Shown piece after piece: positions 22,675 through 32,638 of a stretch of 32,638 nt of DNA. The position numbers and the translations under genes are program-made. How positions within the stretch are numbered: the first letter of the stretch is position 1; each line of letters starts with the position of its first letter. The DNA lies in assembly GCF_001194135.2 (NCBI RefSeq), contig NC_068998.1:7003519-7036156 (forward strand), read 5' to 3'. The stretch is from Octopus bimaculoides. Its lineage: Eukaryota. The notes beneath the pieces were generated by a model. That model did not search any database. It was not told the DNA's origin and saw only the letters and a program-made list of their open reading frames with translations.

Positions 22675-23093
22675 TAGCATGGAAAACGGATGTTAATGAT
22701 ACATATATACCGATATATATATACACACACACACAAATGGTTTTCTCAGTGTGATATTCTTCTCTTCCTTTATATAACATTGGAATGGTTCATCTGCCGG
22801 TAGCTGAGTAATTACGACAACATGCAATCTCCATGTGATAGGAGAGGAGTTAAATGCTATCAAGTTATCAAATAGAGCGGATGTAAGTACTAATTTCATA
22901 GTTTAACTCTTTCATAGACACTTTAGTGTTTGTTATCTGTGAAGCAGTTGTCTGCTGCACAGCAAATACATGGCTTCCACAGGCAGCTCTGTTTACTTGT
23001 CTATAAGATTGCTTTTGCACTTATATAATTTAAGTTCATATTATAAAAAAACCTCACTGTTTATATTTTAGTTATACTCACATGTATACAGTT

Positions 23094-23455
23094 GCAGGAG
23101 TGGCTGTGTGGTAAGTAGCTTGCTTACCAACCACATGGTTCCGAGTTCAGTCCGACTGTGTGGCACCTTGGGCAAGTGTCTTCTACTATAGCCTCGGGCC
23201 AACCAAAGTCTTGTGAGTGGATTTGGTAGACGGAAATTGAAAGGAGCCCGTCCTATGTATGTATGTATGTATGTATGTGTGTGTATGTATGTATGTATGT
23301 ATGTATGTGTGTGTGTGTGTGTGTGTGTTTGTGTGTCTGTGTTTGTACCCCCAACATCGCTTGACAACCGATGTTGGTGTGTTTACATACCCGTAACTTA
23401 GCAGTTCGGCAAAAGAGATTGATAGAATAAGTACTAAGCTTACAAAGAATAGGTC
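23094..23455 (+). mobile_element. tRNA-derived SINE, family A, with internal (TATG)n/(TG)n tract
   Basis: Head GCAGGAGTGGCTGTGTGGTAAG...CCGAGTTCAGTCC, body, internal microsatellite at ~23253-23340, then the 3' part CCCCAACATCGCTTGACAACCGATGTTGGTGTGTTTAC...GATAGAATAAGTAC. Confidence 0.9.
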
Positions 23456-24319
23456 CATGTTTGCAGACTTAATTTTGCGAAGAAGATGTTATCAATCACC
23501 AGAACAACAGAGCCACCTGGATCTTGGTTTGCCTTTTGTAGAGGTCACACAGTTGTAGGCATTTGAGGGCCAGGTCTCTGGTTCCAGCATAACTATCATT
23601 AATCTCATGAACCGTGTAAAAATATAGCGGTGTAGAGGTTGGCCTTTTCATCTTAAGAGAAAAAAAGAAAATCAGAAATAACTCAGAAATTGTAATTGGT
23701 AAAAAAAGAAAGTGAAAGGTGAGATATGCATTGAAGAGAAAGTTTTGTCTTTGAGAAATAAGGTGACAATTTCTGATATATTTCAGTCTTATTAATCTTC
23801 TTCAACAAAATATAGTTTAGCACATGCTTAGCAGCCATTAAGATAACTGAGAGAATATAAATTTAAAGTGAAGTTTAGATAATGATTAGGTAAATTAAAA
23901 CAACGAATTTATCTCATAATTAACTATTTTATTCTGAGAATAGCAGGAACTATCATAGGTTGACAGCTATGTGTTCAAAAGTCATTATATAAATAACAAA
24001 AAGGAATTAGATAACAGCTGCAAGTGAATCAAGGCTATAGACATTATTTTGCCTTACATCTTACTGGAAGTTTATTATGTTTTATTTATCCATTTTTTGA
24101 TAATTTCTATTTGTTGTTGTTGTGGGGACTTATGCTCTTCTGAAACAGGTGAACTAGGTAGATTTAGGACCCTTACCCAAATACGTAATGAAACTCTTCT
24201 TAAAGCTTGAAATCAGTTTCCTTCAAAGATATGTGTCACTCAATTCTTCCAGGTACCTATCTCTCTCTCTCTCACTTATCTATGCTGGCTCTGTAAACAA
24301 ACACATCCACATGTACATA

Positions 24320-24610
24320 GCCACACACACACATACACACACACACACACACACGCACATAAACACACACACATAAACATGCACTCACACAAACACATAC
24401 ACACATAAACACACACTCACATAAACACATACACACATAAACACACACTCACATAAACACACACACATAAACATACACACACACATAAACACACACACAC
24501 ACACATAAACACACGCATGCATAAACACACATGCATAAACACACACATACATAAACACACACACACATAAACACACACTCACATACACACACACACTCAC
24601 ATACACATAC
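24320..24610. repeat. Degenerate (CA)n/ACACATAA compound minisatellite
   Basis: Direct reading. Confidence 0.85.
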
Positions 24611-24775
24611 CCCCTCCTCCTTTCACCCCGAACCCACATGCAATCTCCTTTAAGATTACTCCTAGTTAATACCTTCTGTCATCCTTTTTTGACAGTTTGC
24701 TTTTGGAAATTGCAGATTATCAGAAACCCTGGCAAAGTGAATTTATTACTCTTATGATCATTTTCGTTGTTGCTT

Positions 24776-24788
24776 GTGTTGTTGTGGT

Positions 24789-24820
<32 letters not shown>

Positions 24821-24903
24821 TTATTTTTGTCATTGTTGTTGATATTGTAGTTGTCATTACAATCACTATNNNNNNNNNNNNNNNNNNNNNGTGTTGTTGT
24901 GGT

Positions 24904-24935
<32 letters not shown>

Positions 24936-24984
24936 TTATTTTTGTCATTGTTGTTGATATTGTAGTTGTCATTACAATCACTAT
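24776..24984. other. 94-bp exact duplication flanking a 21-N gap; probable assembly overlap
   Basis: 24776-24869 is identical to 24891-24984, with N at 24870-24890. Confidence 0.85.
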
Positions 24985-25201
24985 TATTATTATTATTATT
25001 GTTGTTGTTGTTGCCGTTGTTGTTGTTGTTGTCATCATTGTTGTTGCTGTTGTCACCATCATTATTATTGTTATTTTCATCATCCTTATTATTACTGCAA
25101 CTGCTTTTGAAGCTGTTGTTATTACTACCATAATCATCACCATCATCGTCATCACCATCGTCATCATTGTCATCATCATTCATCATCACCATTACCACCA
25201 C

Positions 25202-25254
<53 letters not shown>

Positions 25255-25300
25255 ACATCATCATTATTATTATTGTTGTCATCATTATTATTGACACCAT
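24985..25300. repeat. (TTA/GTT/CAT)n compound trinucleotide tract
   Basis: Direct reading. Confidence 0.9.
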
Positions 25301-26179
25301 AGTTGTTATTCGTTATGCTCTTGTTTTCCTTTTTAAAAACTTTTTTTCGTTTGTCGTCAGCATCATTGTTGTCGTCATCATCTCATTGTTTTCTTTCTTT
25401 CGTTCTTGCTCAACATTTCCAATTTGTCACACTACACCGAAAGTGTTGAGATGATGTTTATGAAACATGTAATCTTTTTNNNNNNNNNNNNNNNNNNNNN
25501 NNNNNNNNNNNNNNNNNNNNNNNNNNNNNNNNNNNNNNNNNNNNNNNNNNNNNNNNNNNNNNNNNNNNNNNNNNNNNNNNNNNNNNNNNNNNNNNNNNNN
25601 NNNNNNNNNNNNNNNNNNNNNNNNNNNNNNNNNNNNNNNNNNNNNNNNNNNNNNNNNNNNNNNNNNNNNNNNNNNNNNNNNNNNNNNNNNNNNNNNNNNN
25701 NNNNNNNNNNNNNNNNNNNNNNNNNNNNNNNNNNNNNNNNNNNNNNNNNNNNNNNNNNNNNNNNNNNNNNNNNNNNNNNNNNNNNNNNNNNNNNNNNNNN
25801 NNNNNNNNNNNNNNNNNNNNNNNNNNNNNNNNNNNNNNNNNNNNNNNNNNNNNNNNNNNNNNNNNNNNNNNNNNNNNNNNNNNNNNNNNNNNNNNNNNNN
25901 TATATATATATATATACATACATATATATATACATATAAATGTGTGGGGGAGGGGTATTACATTTCATCAGTTTCTGCCATTGGTGTAAAAAAGTGAATC
26001 TGAAAAAAACAAAAAATAAATGAATAAAGAAAATATAAAATACAACAAATCAAAAATTCATTTAGAAACAGAATCCTTTCCGATGTTTGTTTTGCACCAA
26101 GTTATAGTGACTCCCTTGTCATTTCTCACCAACAAAATTGCAGCAAAACTTCTAATTGGTTGGCCTCAAATGTACAAAT

Positions 26180-26401
26180 AATCTTTTCTACCATAGGCAG
26201 AAGATCTGATACTTAGAGAAGGGGTATAGTTAAAAACATCGACCCCCAGTACTCAACTGGTACTTATCTTATAGCTCCCAAAAGGATGGAAAGCAAAGTT
26301 AACCTCAGCGGAATTTGAACTCAGGATGAGAAGATGTGAAGATGGATGAAATGCCACTAAGCATTCCTCGTGGCATGCTAACAATTGTACCAGCTTGCCG
26401 C
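26180..26401 (-). mobile_element. SINE family B, near full length
   Basis: CATCGACCCCCAGTACTCAACTGGTACTTATCTTAT...AAAGGATGGAAAGCAAAGTTAACCTCAGCGGAATTTGAACTCAG...GCTAACAATTGTACCAGCTTGCCGC. Confidence 0.85.
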
Positions 26402-26963
26402 AAACTAACGAGACTATTGTAAATAAATTGTGACGTACAAATAAAGATACATATAATTAAATAAGTAAGGGGGATAATCCTAATGCTACAAAGAATACTT
26501 GTTGCTGCTTAGTTTCTGGTTAATCCTGATCAAGCAGGCTTAAGGTGAAAGAGTACGAACCTTTTACATTCTGTTTTTCTTTCAGACACACGGCAGATAA
26601 TTCATATATGACTTCATTATCTAATGCATTTGACTTTTCTGTTGAAGACGGTGCAGTCTGTTTTGAGACTTTTCTTTCTGTAATTTTTAGTTGCTCAAGT
26701 AAGCATGGCGATATTTAGCAAGAAACATGTTTCATTGTTGAGCCTCTTCCACGACTCATAAGACAAGAAAAGAATGGATGATATAAAATTCCTGACTATA
26801 TGTACGCATACAGTAATAAGGGGGGAAAAATCAGTACATGTAAGGTGAGAGAAAGGATTATTTAAGTTTGTGAGATGGTTAGTGATAGAAAGAGAAAGTT
26901 AGAGAAACAAAGAGAGAAGGGGTTGAGAGGGGGAATGAGAGAGGGGGAAGGTGAGCTGAAGAC

Positions 26964-27012
<49 letters not shown>

Positions 27013-27347
27013 AAGAGAGAGAGAGAAGTGGGGGAAAGAGTGGAATAAAGAGAGGAACAGGTGAAAACAAATTTATTAAAAGAGGGAAAATGGAAATGTT
27101 CTTGCAGTGCAATAAAACAAGATAGAAATGAATGAATGAATGAATTAAAAAGAATAAAGAATGAAAAATAATACAAAACAAAACGAAAAGCATAATAAAC
27201 ACAACAGAAAGAGACACTGTGAATTCCAATTTCTAGAAAGTATAATTTCAATATATACAAATGTGCATATGGTAGCCTTAATTCACAAATAAAGAAATTA
27301 TATAGCCACCAATGCGGTGTTGAGCACTCATTTCATCATTCAACATT

Positions 27348-27382
<35 letters not shown>

Positions 27383-27487
27383 TTATATATATATACATGC
27401 AAACACACACTCACTCATTTACACACATATATCTATGTATGTATTATATTTTATATTTATATACATGAAAGTTAGTAGTCATCGAAA

Positions 27488-27524
<37 letters not shown>

Positions 27525-27652
27525 ACATAACTACTTCACATAAAAACAAGCGCCAAATGCAGAGATTCCATTTTCTTTTCTTTTTATTTAGTTCTCTGGA
27601 GAAACTCAATTACCATTTACCAAAATCTTTAAGAGTCTAAAAATCTCTTTTG

Positions 27653-27695
<43 letters not shown>

Positions 27696-28399
27696 TTATA
27701 TGTAAGCATGTATATACATATTTTATCAATATAAAAAAAATATAACCATTATTGGCCTTGTGATGGGAAAGCCAAATTTTATCTTCTTGCTGGAAATTAC
27801 TCAGTAATGCTATTTCTTTTACTTTACCATGTTAGTATTCTTTATTGTTCATCTCAATTAATGGAGAGAAGACAAGCTGTAGTAGCAGAAGTGTTAAGAT
27901 GAGTTTCTTTCTCCTAATAGATTGGAAAAGAAAGAATTTCTCTTTTGGGAGAAAATATTACAATAAAATGCTTGAAAACTCAAGAACTTATAAATTGTCT
28001 CCTGTGAGAAGTATAGAAACTGCAAACAGACAGGGGAAATAAACTGAGAACGTAAGTTAAAAATAACTTGCTTTAGAATAGTTAAAAATTGAACAAAGAA
28101 GAACGAAAGACATTAAAAAAGTAAGAAAAAGAATCCAAACAAAATTCATAATTTCTATACTGTATTTTCTGGCATAGAGGTCGAAATTTTCCGACCAAAA
28201 TTTAAAGCCGAAATAGGTAGGTCAGCTTATACACCAAAATGACAAATTCCATATGAAATGTAGCAGGGTTTGGGAAAATAGTGACGATATTTGAATATTT
28301 ACACTTTATGTTCTGTCAGTTTTTATGCCAGAAGAAAGTAAGATATACTGAAAGAAGTTTCAAACTTTAATAATAAAAAGAAAAACACATACAAGGCGA

Positions 28400-28462
28400 T
28401 CTTTTATCTCTTACTCTTTTCAGTCATTAAACTGTGGCCATGCTGGGGCACCACCTTGCAGA
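28400..28462 (-). mobile_element. SINE family A 3' tail fragment
   Basis: TTTTCAGTCATTAAACTGTGGCCATGCTGGGGCACCACC is the reverse complement of the tail seen at 8325-8360. Confidence 0.65.
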
Positions 28463-28656
28463 GATTTTGTCAATTACTTGTTTTATTTTTAAGCTTAAAT
28501 GTTAATCGTCAACTAAACGCAGCTGTTCCATAAGAACAGACGATACTGCTATTTTAACCCTAGGAAGATGACTCCTCCAACTGGCTATTCAGTGCACTTC
28601 ACACTCAATATATATTGCAAGCAGGGAGAGAACTCTTTACTATTCTAGCTTGGAAG

Positions 28657-28705
28657 CCACCAGGTCACGTTATTTTGACCTCATTTTGGTCATCCTCAGT
28701 GATGG
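28657..28705 (-). ncRNA. Decayed type I hammerhead ribozyme motif
   Basis: Minus strand: CCAUCA-CUGAGGA-U-GACC AAAAUGA GGUC-AAA-AUAACGUGAC-C-UGGUGG. Stem I 6 bp (one G.U) and stem II 4 bp; G12A and U16.1C changes; near-palindrome UAACGUGA. Confidence 0.6.
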
Positions 28706-28822
28706 ATATTCATCTGCTAGACATAGCAGTAATTTGCCTCATAAAACGTTTCCACGTGGACTCTGTTGACACCAGTACGAAACAATTATGAACTTTTCTT
28801 TTAATTACATTTTTAAAAATAT

Positions 28823-28874
28823 GTATTTTTGATAAGGTTCGGTTTTTCAAGAAGAACCGAAACATGTAAAATAT
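28823..28874 (+). ncRNA. Type I hammerhead ribozyme with U3:A8 covariant core
   Basis: GUAUUU-UUGAUAA-GGUUC GGUUUUUCAAGAA GAACC-GAA-ACAUGU-A-AAAUAU. Stem I 6 bp (one G.U); stem II 5 bp with G10.1-C11.1; palindromic ACAUGU; triplet GUA (28866-28868). Confidence 0.72.
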
Positions 28875-29171
28875 CTCTGAGAAAATTAAAATTTATCTTA
28901 TATAGTGGCGTTTTCAAATTTCTTTTTTATATAAATACATACCCACTCGTATGCCACATACACTTTTTATCAATATATAAATATACTTAATAAATTGCAA
29001 TCTCTCTCTCTCTATATATATAGATTGCAATGTATTAAGTGACAGAAACACCTGCACCAACAACATCGATGACAACAGTGGCAACAGCAAAGGCAGCAGT
29101 GGGAGTGACACATTAAGTGGATAAAACTCCAGCACTGACAGCAATATCAGCACTAGCACTATGTATCTATC

Positions 29172-29254
29172 TATCCATCCATCCATCCATCCATCCATCC
29201 ATCCATCCACTCACCCACCCATCCATCCATCCATCTATCCGTCCATCTGTCTGT

Positions 29255-29310
<56 letters not shown>
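29172..29310. repeat. (CCAT)n + (CT)n + (TA)n compound microsatellite
   Basis: Direct reading. Confidence 0.9.
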
Positions 29311-29921
29311 GTGTGTATATATATATCTTTATCTATCTACCTATCTATCTATCTACACTATTGACATTTTCTGTGATAAACGATATCTTTTTTTTNNNNN
29401 NNNNNNNNNNNNNNNNNNNNNNNNNNNNNNNNNNNNNNNNNNNNNNNNNNNNNNNNNNNNNNNNNNNNNNNNNNNNNNNNNNNNNNNNNNNNNNNNNNNN
29501 NNNNNNNNNNNNNNNNNNNNNNNNNNNNNNNNNNNNNNNNNNNNNNNNNNNNNNNNNNNNNNNNNNNNNNNNNNNNNNNNNNNNNNNNNNNNNNNNNNNN
29601 NNNNNNNNNNNNNNNNNNNNNNNNNNNNNNNNNNNNNNNNNNNNNNNNNNNNNNNNNNNNNNNNNNNNNNNNNNNNNNNNNNNNNNNNNNNNNNNNNNNN
29701 NNNNNNNNNNNNNNNNNNNNNNNNNNNNNNNNNNNNNNNNNNNNNNNNNNNNNNNNNNNNNNNNNNNNNNNNNNNNNNNNNNNNNNTTATTTATTTGCTC
29801 TTTCTGTCTTTAAATATGGCGAAAAGAAAAACCTGAAGCATACAATGGTATTATTATCTTTGATGCTATTCAACAAGATATCTATCTATCTACCTATTTG
29901 TCTGTCTTCTTTATATATACA

Positions 29922-29957
<36 letters not shown>

Positions 29958-30071
29958 TGTATGTATGTATATATGTATGTATGTATGTACATGTATATAT
30001 ATGTGTGTGTATGCATGCATACATGTATGTATGATACATGTATAAATGTATGCATACATATATATATACAT

Positions 30072-30111
<40 letters not shown>

Positions 30112-30533
30112 CAAAACACACACATTAACATATATATATATATGTATGTATGTGTGTGTGTGTGTGTGAAAACATGTATGAACACTGCTGTATCTATAAA
30201 AATGGACATTTTTCAATCCATACAACTAGCCGAAGGGCCAATATTATTCTATGTTGAGAATGATATTTTTTCTAATGAGAAAAATGGTAAAATATCAAGA
30301 GTAAAGAAAAAAGAAAAAAAAAAANNNNNNNNNNAAAAAAAAAAAAAAAAAAGAAATGGATAATGAAGACAACAACAGCAGCAGCAGCAGCAGCAGTAGT
30401 AGCAGCAGCAGCAGCAGCAATGGCAACAAAAACAACAACAACAACAGCAACAATTGCAACTATTATGCAACAAAAGAGTTAATACTAAAACTTCATGAAT
30501 GTTTGAAGATTTATTTGGTAGTTTCTGTCATCA

Positions 30534-30577
<44 letters not shown>

Positions 30578-30954
30578 CACATACATACATTTATATACAT
30601 AGACATACATACAAACACACATACACATTCATATACACACATACATACACACATACATACATACACACATACATACATATATACATACATAATGCATACA
30701 TGCATACATACATAAATACATGCATACATATTTATGTACATATAAATTCATATTTATATTCATAGACATATGCATTCATACACACACACACACACATAGA
30801 CATATGCATTCATATACATAGATACATTCTTTCACACTGACACATGCATTCATACATACACACACACACATATATACATAATACATACTTAAATGCATAC
30901 ATACATACATATACATTCATTTCATACACATGCATTCACACAGACTCAAGCTTT

Positions 30955-31016
<62 letters not shown>

Positions 31017-31195
31017 TACATACATTCACACACGCACATATACGTACATACGTACATACATAGACACAGATACAAATACATAGAAATATAGACACACACT
31101 AGCATTCAAATATCGAAGACGTAAAAACACACACTCTCACCTGCAATATTAACATGCATACATGCACATATGCACATAGAAATGTAGATATAGAC

Positions 31196-31353
31196 GCAGG
31201 CATGGCTGTGTGGTAAGAAGCCTGCTTCCCAATCACATGGTTCCAGGTTCAGTTCCACTTCTTGGCACCACAGGCAAGTGTCTTCTATTATAGCTTTGGG
31301 CTGACCAAAGCCACGAGTGAGTTTGATAGACGGAAACTGAAAGAAGCCCATTG

Positions 31354-31412
<59 letters not shown>

Positions 31413-31517
31413 GTGTTTTGTATTTGTTCTCTCATCACCACCTGACAACTGGTGTTGGTGTGTTTACGTCCCTGTAACATAGCAGTTCGGCAAAATGACA
31501 CCAATGGAATAAGTACT
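31196..31517 (+). mobile_element. tRNA-derived SINE, family A, with internal (TA)n(TG)n
   Basis: GCAGGCATGGCTGTGTGGTAAGAAG...AGGTTCAGTTCC...GGAAACTGAAAGAAGCCCATTG, internal microsatellite, then CCTGACAACTGGTGTTGGTGTGTTTACGTCCCTGTAAC...GAATAAGTACT. Confidence 0.88.
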
Positions 31518-31683
31518 AATATATATATTAAACAAGGGGGTTTTAGCAGAGTTTTAAATTATGAGGTAAAAATTAAGCAAATGTGTTAAATGATCAAATG
31601 ATCAAATGTTCAAATGTTCACATAAATTTCAATGAGTTTCATGATATCAACTATCCCTGTGATGACAAGTGACCTTTGGAGAT

Positions 31684-31798
31684 ATGCTGTGCTAGAGAAG
31701 ACACTTACAAGGCTTTGGTTGGTCCAAGGTGCCATGCAGTGGGACTGAACCTGGAACAATATTGGGAAGGAAGCTTCTTACCACACAGCCATGTACAT
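31684..31798 (-). mobile_element. SINE family A head, internally rearranged; last 53 bp repeated after the gap
   Basis: CCAAGGTGCCATGCAGTGGGACTGAACCTGGAAC...CTTCTTACCACACAGCCATG. 31746-31798 is identical to 32082-32134. Confidence 0.8.
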
Positions 31799-32578
31799 NN
31801 NNNNNNNNNNNNNNNNNNNNNNNNNNNNNNNNNNNNNNNNNNNNNNNNNNNNNNNNNNNNNNNNNNNNNNNNNNNNNNNNNNNNNNNNNNNNNNNNNNNN
31901 NNNNNNNNNNNNNNNNNNNNNNNNNNNNNNNNNNNNNNNNNNNNNNNNNNNNNNNNNNNNNNNNNNNNNNNNNNNNNNNNNNNNNNNNNNNNNNNNNNNN
32001 NNNNNNNNNNNNNNNNNNNNNNNNNNNNNNNNNNNNNNNNNNNNNNNNNNNNNNNNNNNNNNNNNNNNNNNNNNNNNNNNNTGAACCTGGAACAATATTG
32101 GGAAGGAAGCTTCTTACCACACAGCCATGTACATACACACACTTATAGATATGTCCATTGATTTATCAATATAAGATCATGGCATCAATTATATATGTAA
32201 TAATGTATTAAGGTGTGTATACACAAACACACACACATATATATGTTTGTATGTATGTCTGTATGTATGAATCTATGTATATATGTATGTATATAAACAT
32301 GTATGTATGTATGTATGAACGTATGTATCTATCTATATGTATATATACATATGTATAGTATTATCAGAAAATAAGGTGATAAAGGGTTTCAAAAGGATAT
32401 TGATAAATTGTCTTCATTCATAAAGTCACGTAAAGACCATGTATCTTGCAGATATCACATGTAAGGTTCTCTACTGGAATGTAGCAAGACACACATACAT
32501 GCATGTGGACACACGAACACATATACAGACACAGTGAAATGCAGGCATATGCATACACTGACACAAGGTCACATATAC

Positions 32579-32638
<60 letters not shown>

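Larger units (their letters stand above)
488..32081. other. Scaffold N-gaps: 14 runs, e.g. 488-1122, 2800-3147, 4075-4448, 12123-12564, 13793-14508, 18882-19265, 20599-20850, 21701-22640, 25480-25900, 29396-29786, 31799-32081
   Basis: Runs of n, most of them bounded by (TA)n, (CA)n or homopolymer tracts, as expected for short-read assembly breaks. Confidence 0.97.

Noticed and set aside
22810-22890. Plus-strand exon ending at GAT|GTAAGT
   Set aside because: No credible acceptor; stops lie immediately upstream in all three frames.
25935-25975. Minus-strand CUGAUGA-AAUGU...ACAUU (core half plus 5-bp stem)
   Set aside because: No GAAA, stem III or stem I; it runs into (TA)n. It may be a truncated motif but is unsupported.
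28740-28800. CUGUUGA...GAAACAAUUAUG between the two 28.7-28.8 kb hammerheads
   Set aside because: No stem II pairing, A6 is changed and there is no valid NUH site.
30515-30535. Minus-strand CUGAUGACAGAAAC
   Set aside because: Only 2 nt between the core halves, so no stem II; a chance match.
387-32633. Long ORFs in the six-frame track
   Set aside because: They are open only because they cross N-runs or dinucleotide/trinucleotide repeats (YIYI, CVCV, HTHT, poly-H/N/D).

Overview
AT-rich, microsatellite-saturated eukaryotic DNA with 14 N-gaps. The SINE families resemble octopus tRNA-derived SINEs, so a cephalopod intron or intergenic region is inferred, not proven. No intact protein-coding gene is supported: nearly all ORFs in the track are microsatellite or N-run artefacts. 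Recognisable content: one decayed mariner transposase, two decayed RLE-type (R4/Dong-like) LINE 3' ends, one probable RTE-like LINE remnant, about 18 SINE copies in three families, an RTE-like 3' tail family with a 14-bp palindrome, a 65-bp minisatellite and several gap-flanking duplications. The main unexpected signal, found by manual folding, is six sequence-unrelated type I hammerhead ribozyme motifs. Three have intact CUGANGA/GAAA cores (3451-3511 -, 11754-11840 +, 20514-20567 -), one has a compensatory U3:A8 core (28823-28874 +) and two are decayed (8096-8128 +, 28657-28705 -). All have a palindromic or near-palindromic stem III, as in Penelope-like-element or retrozyme hammerheads. None has been tested computationally or experimentally here.
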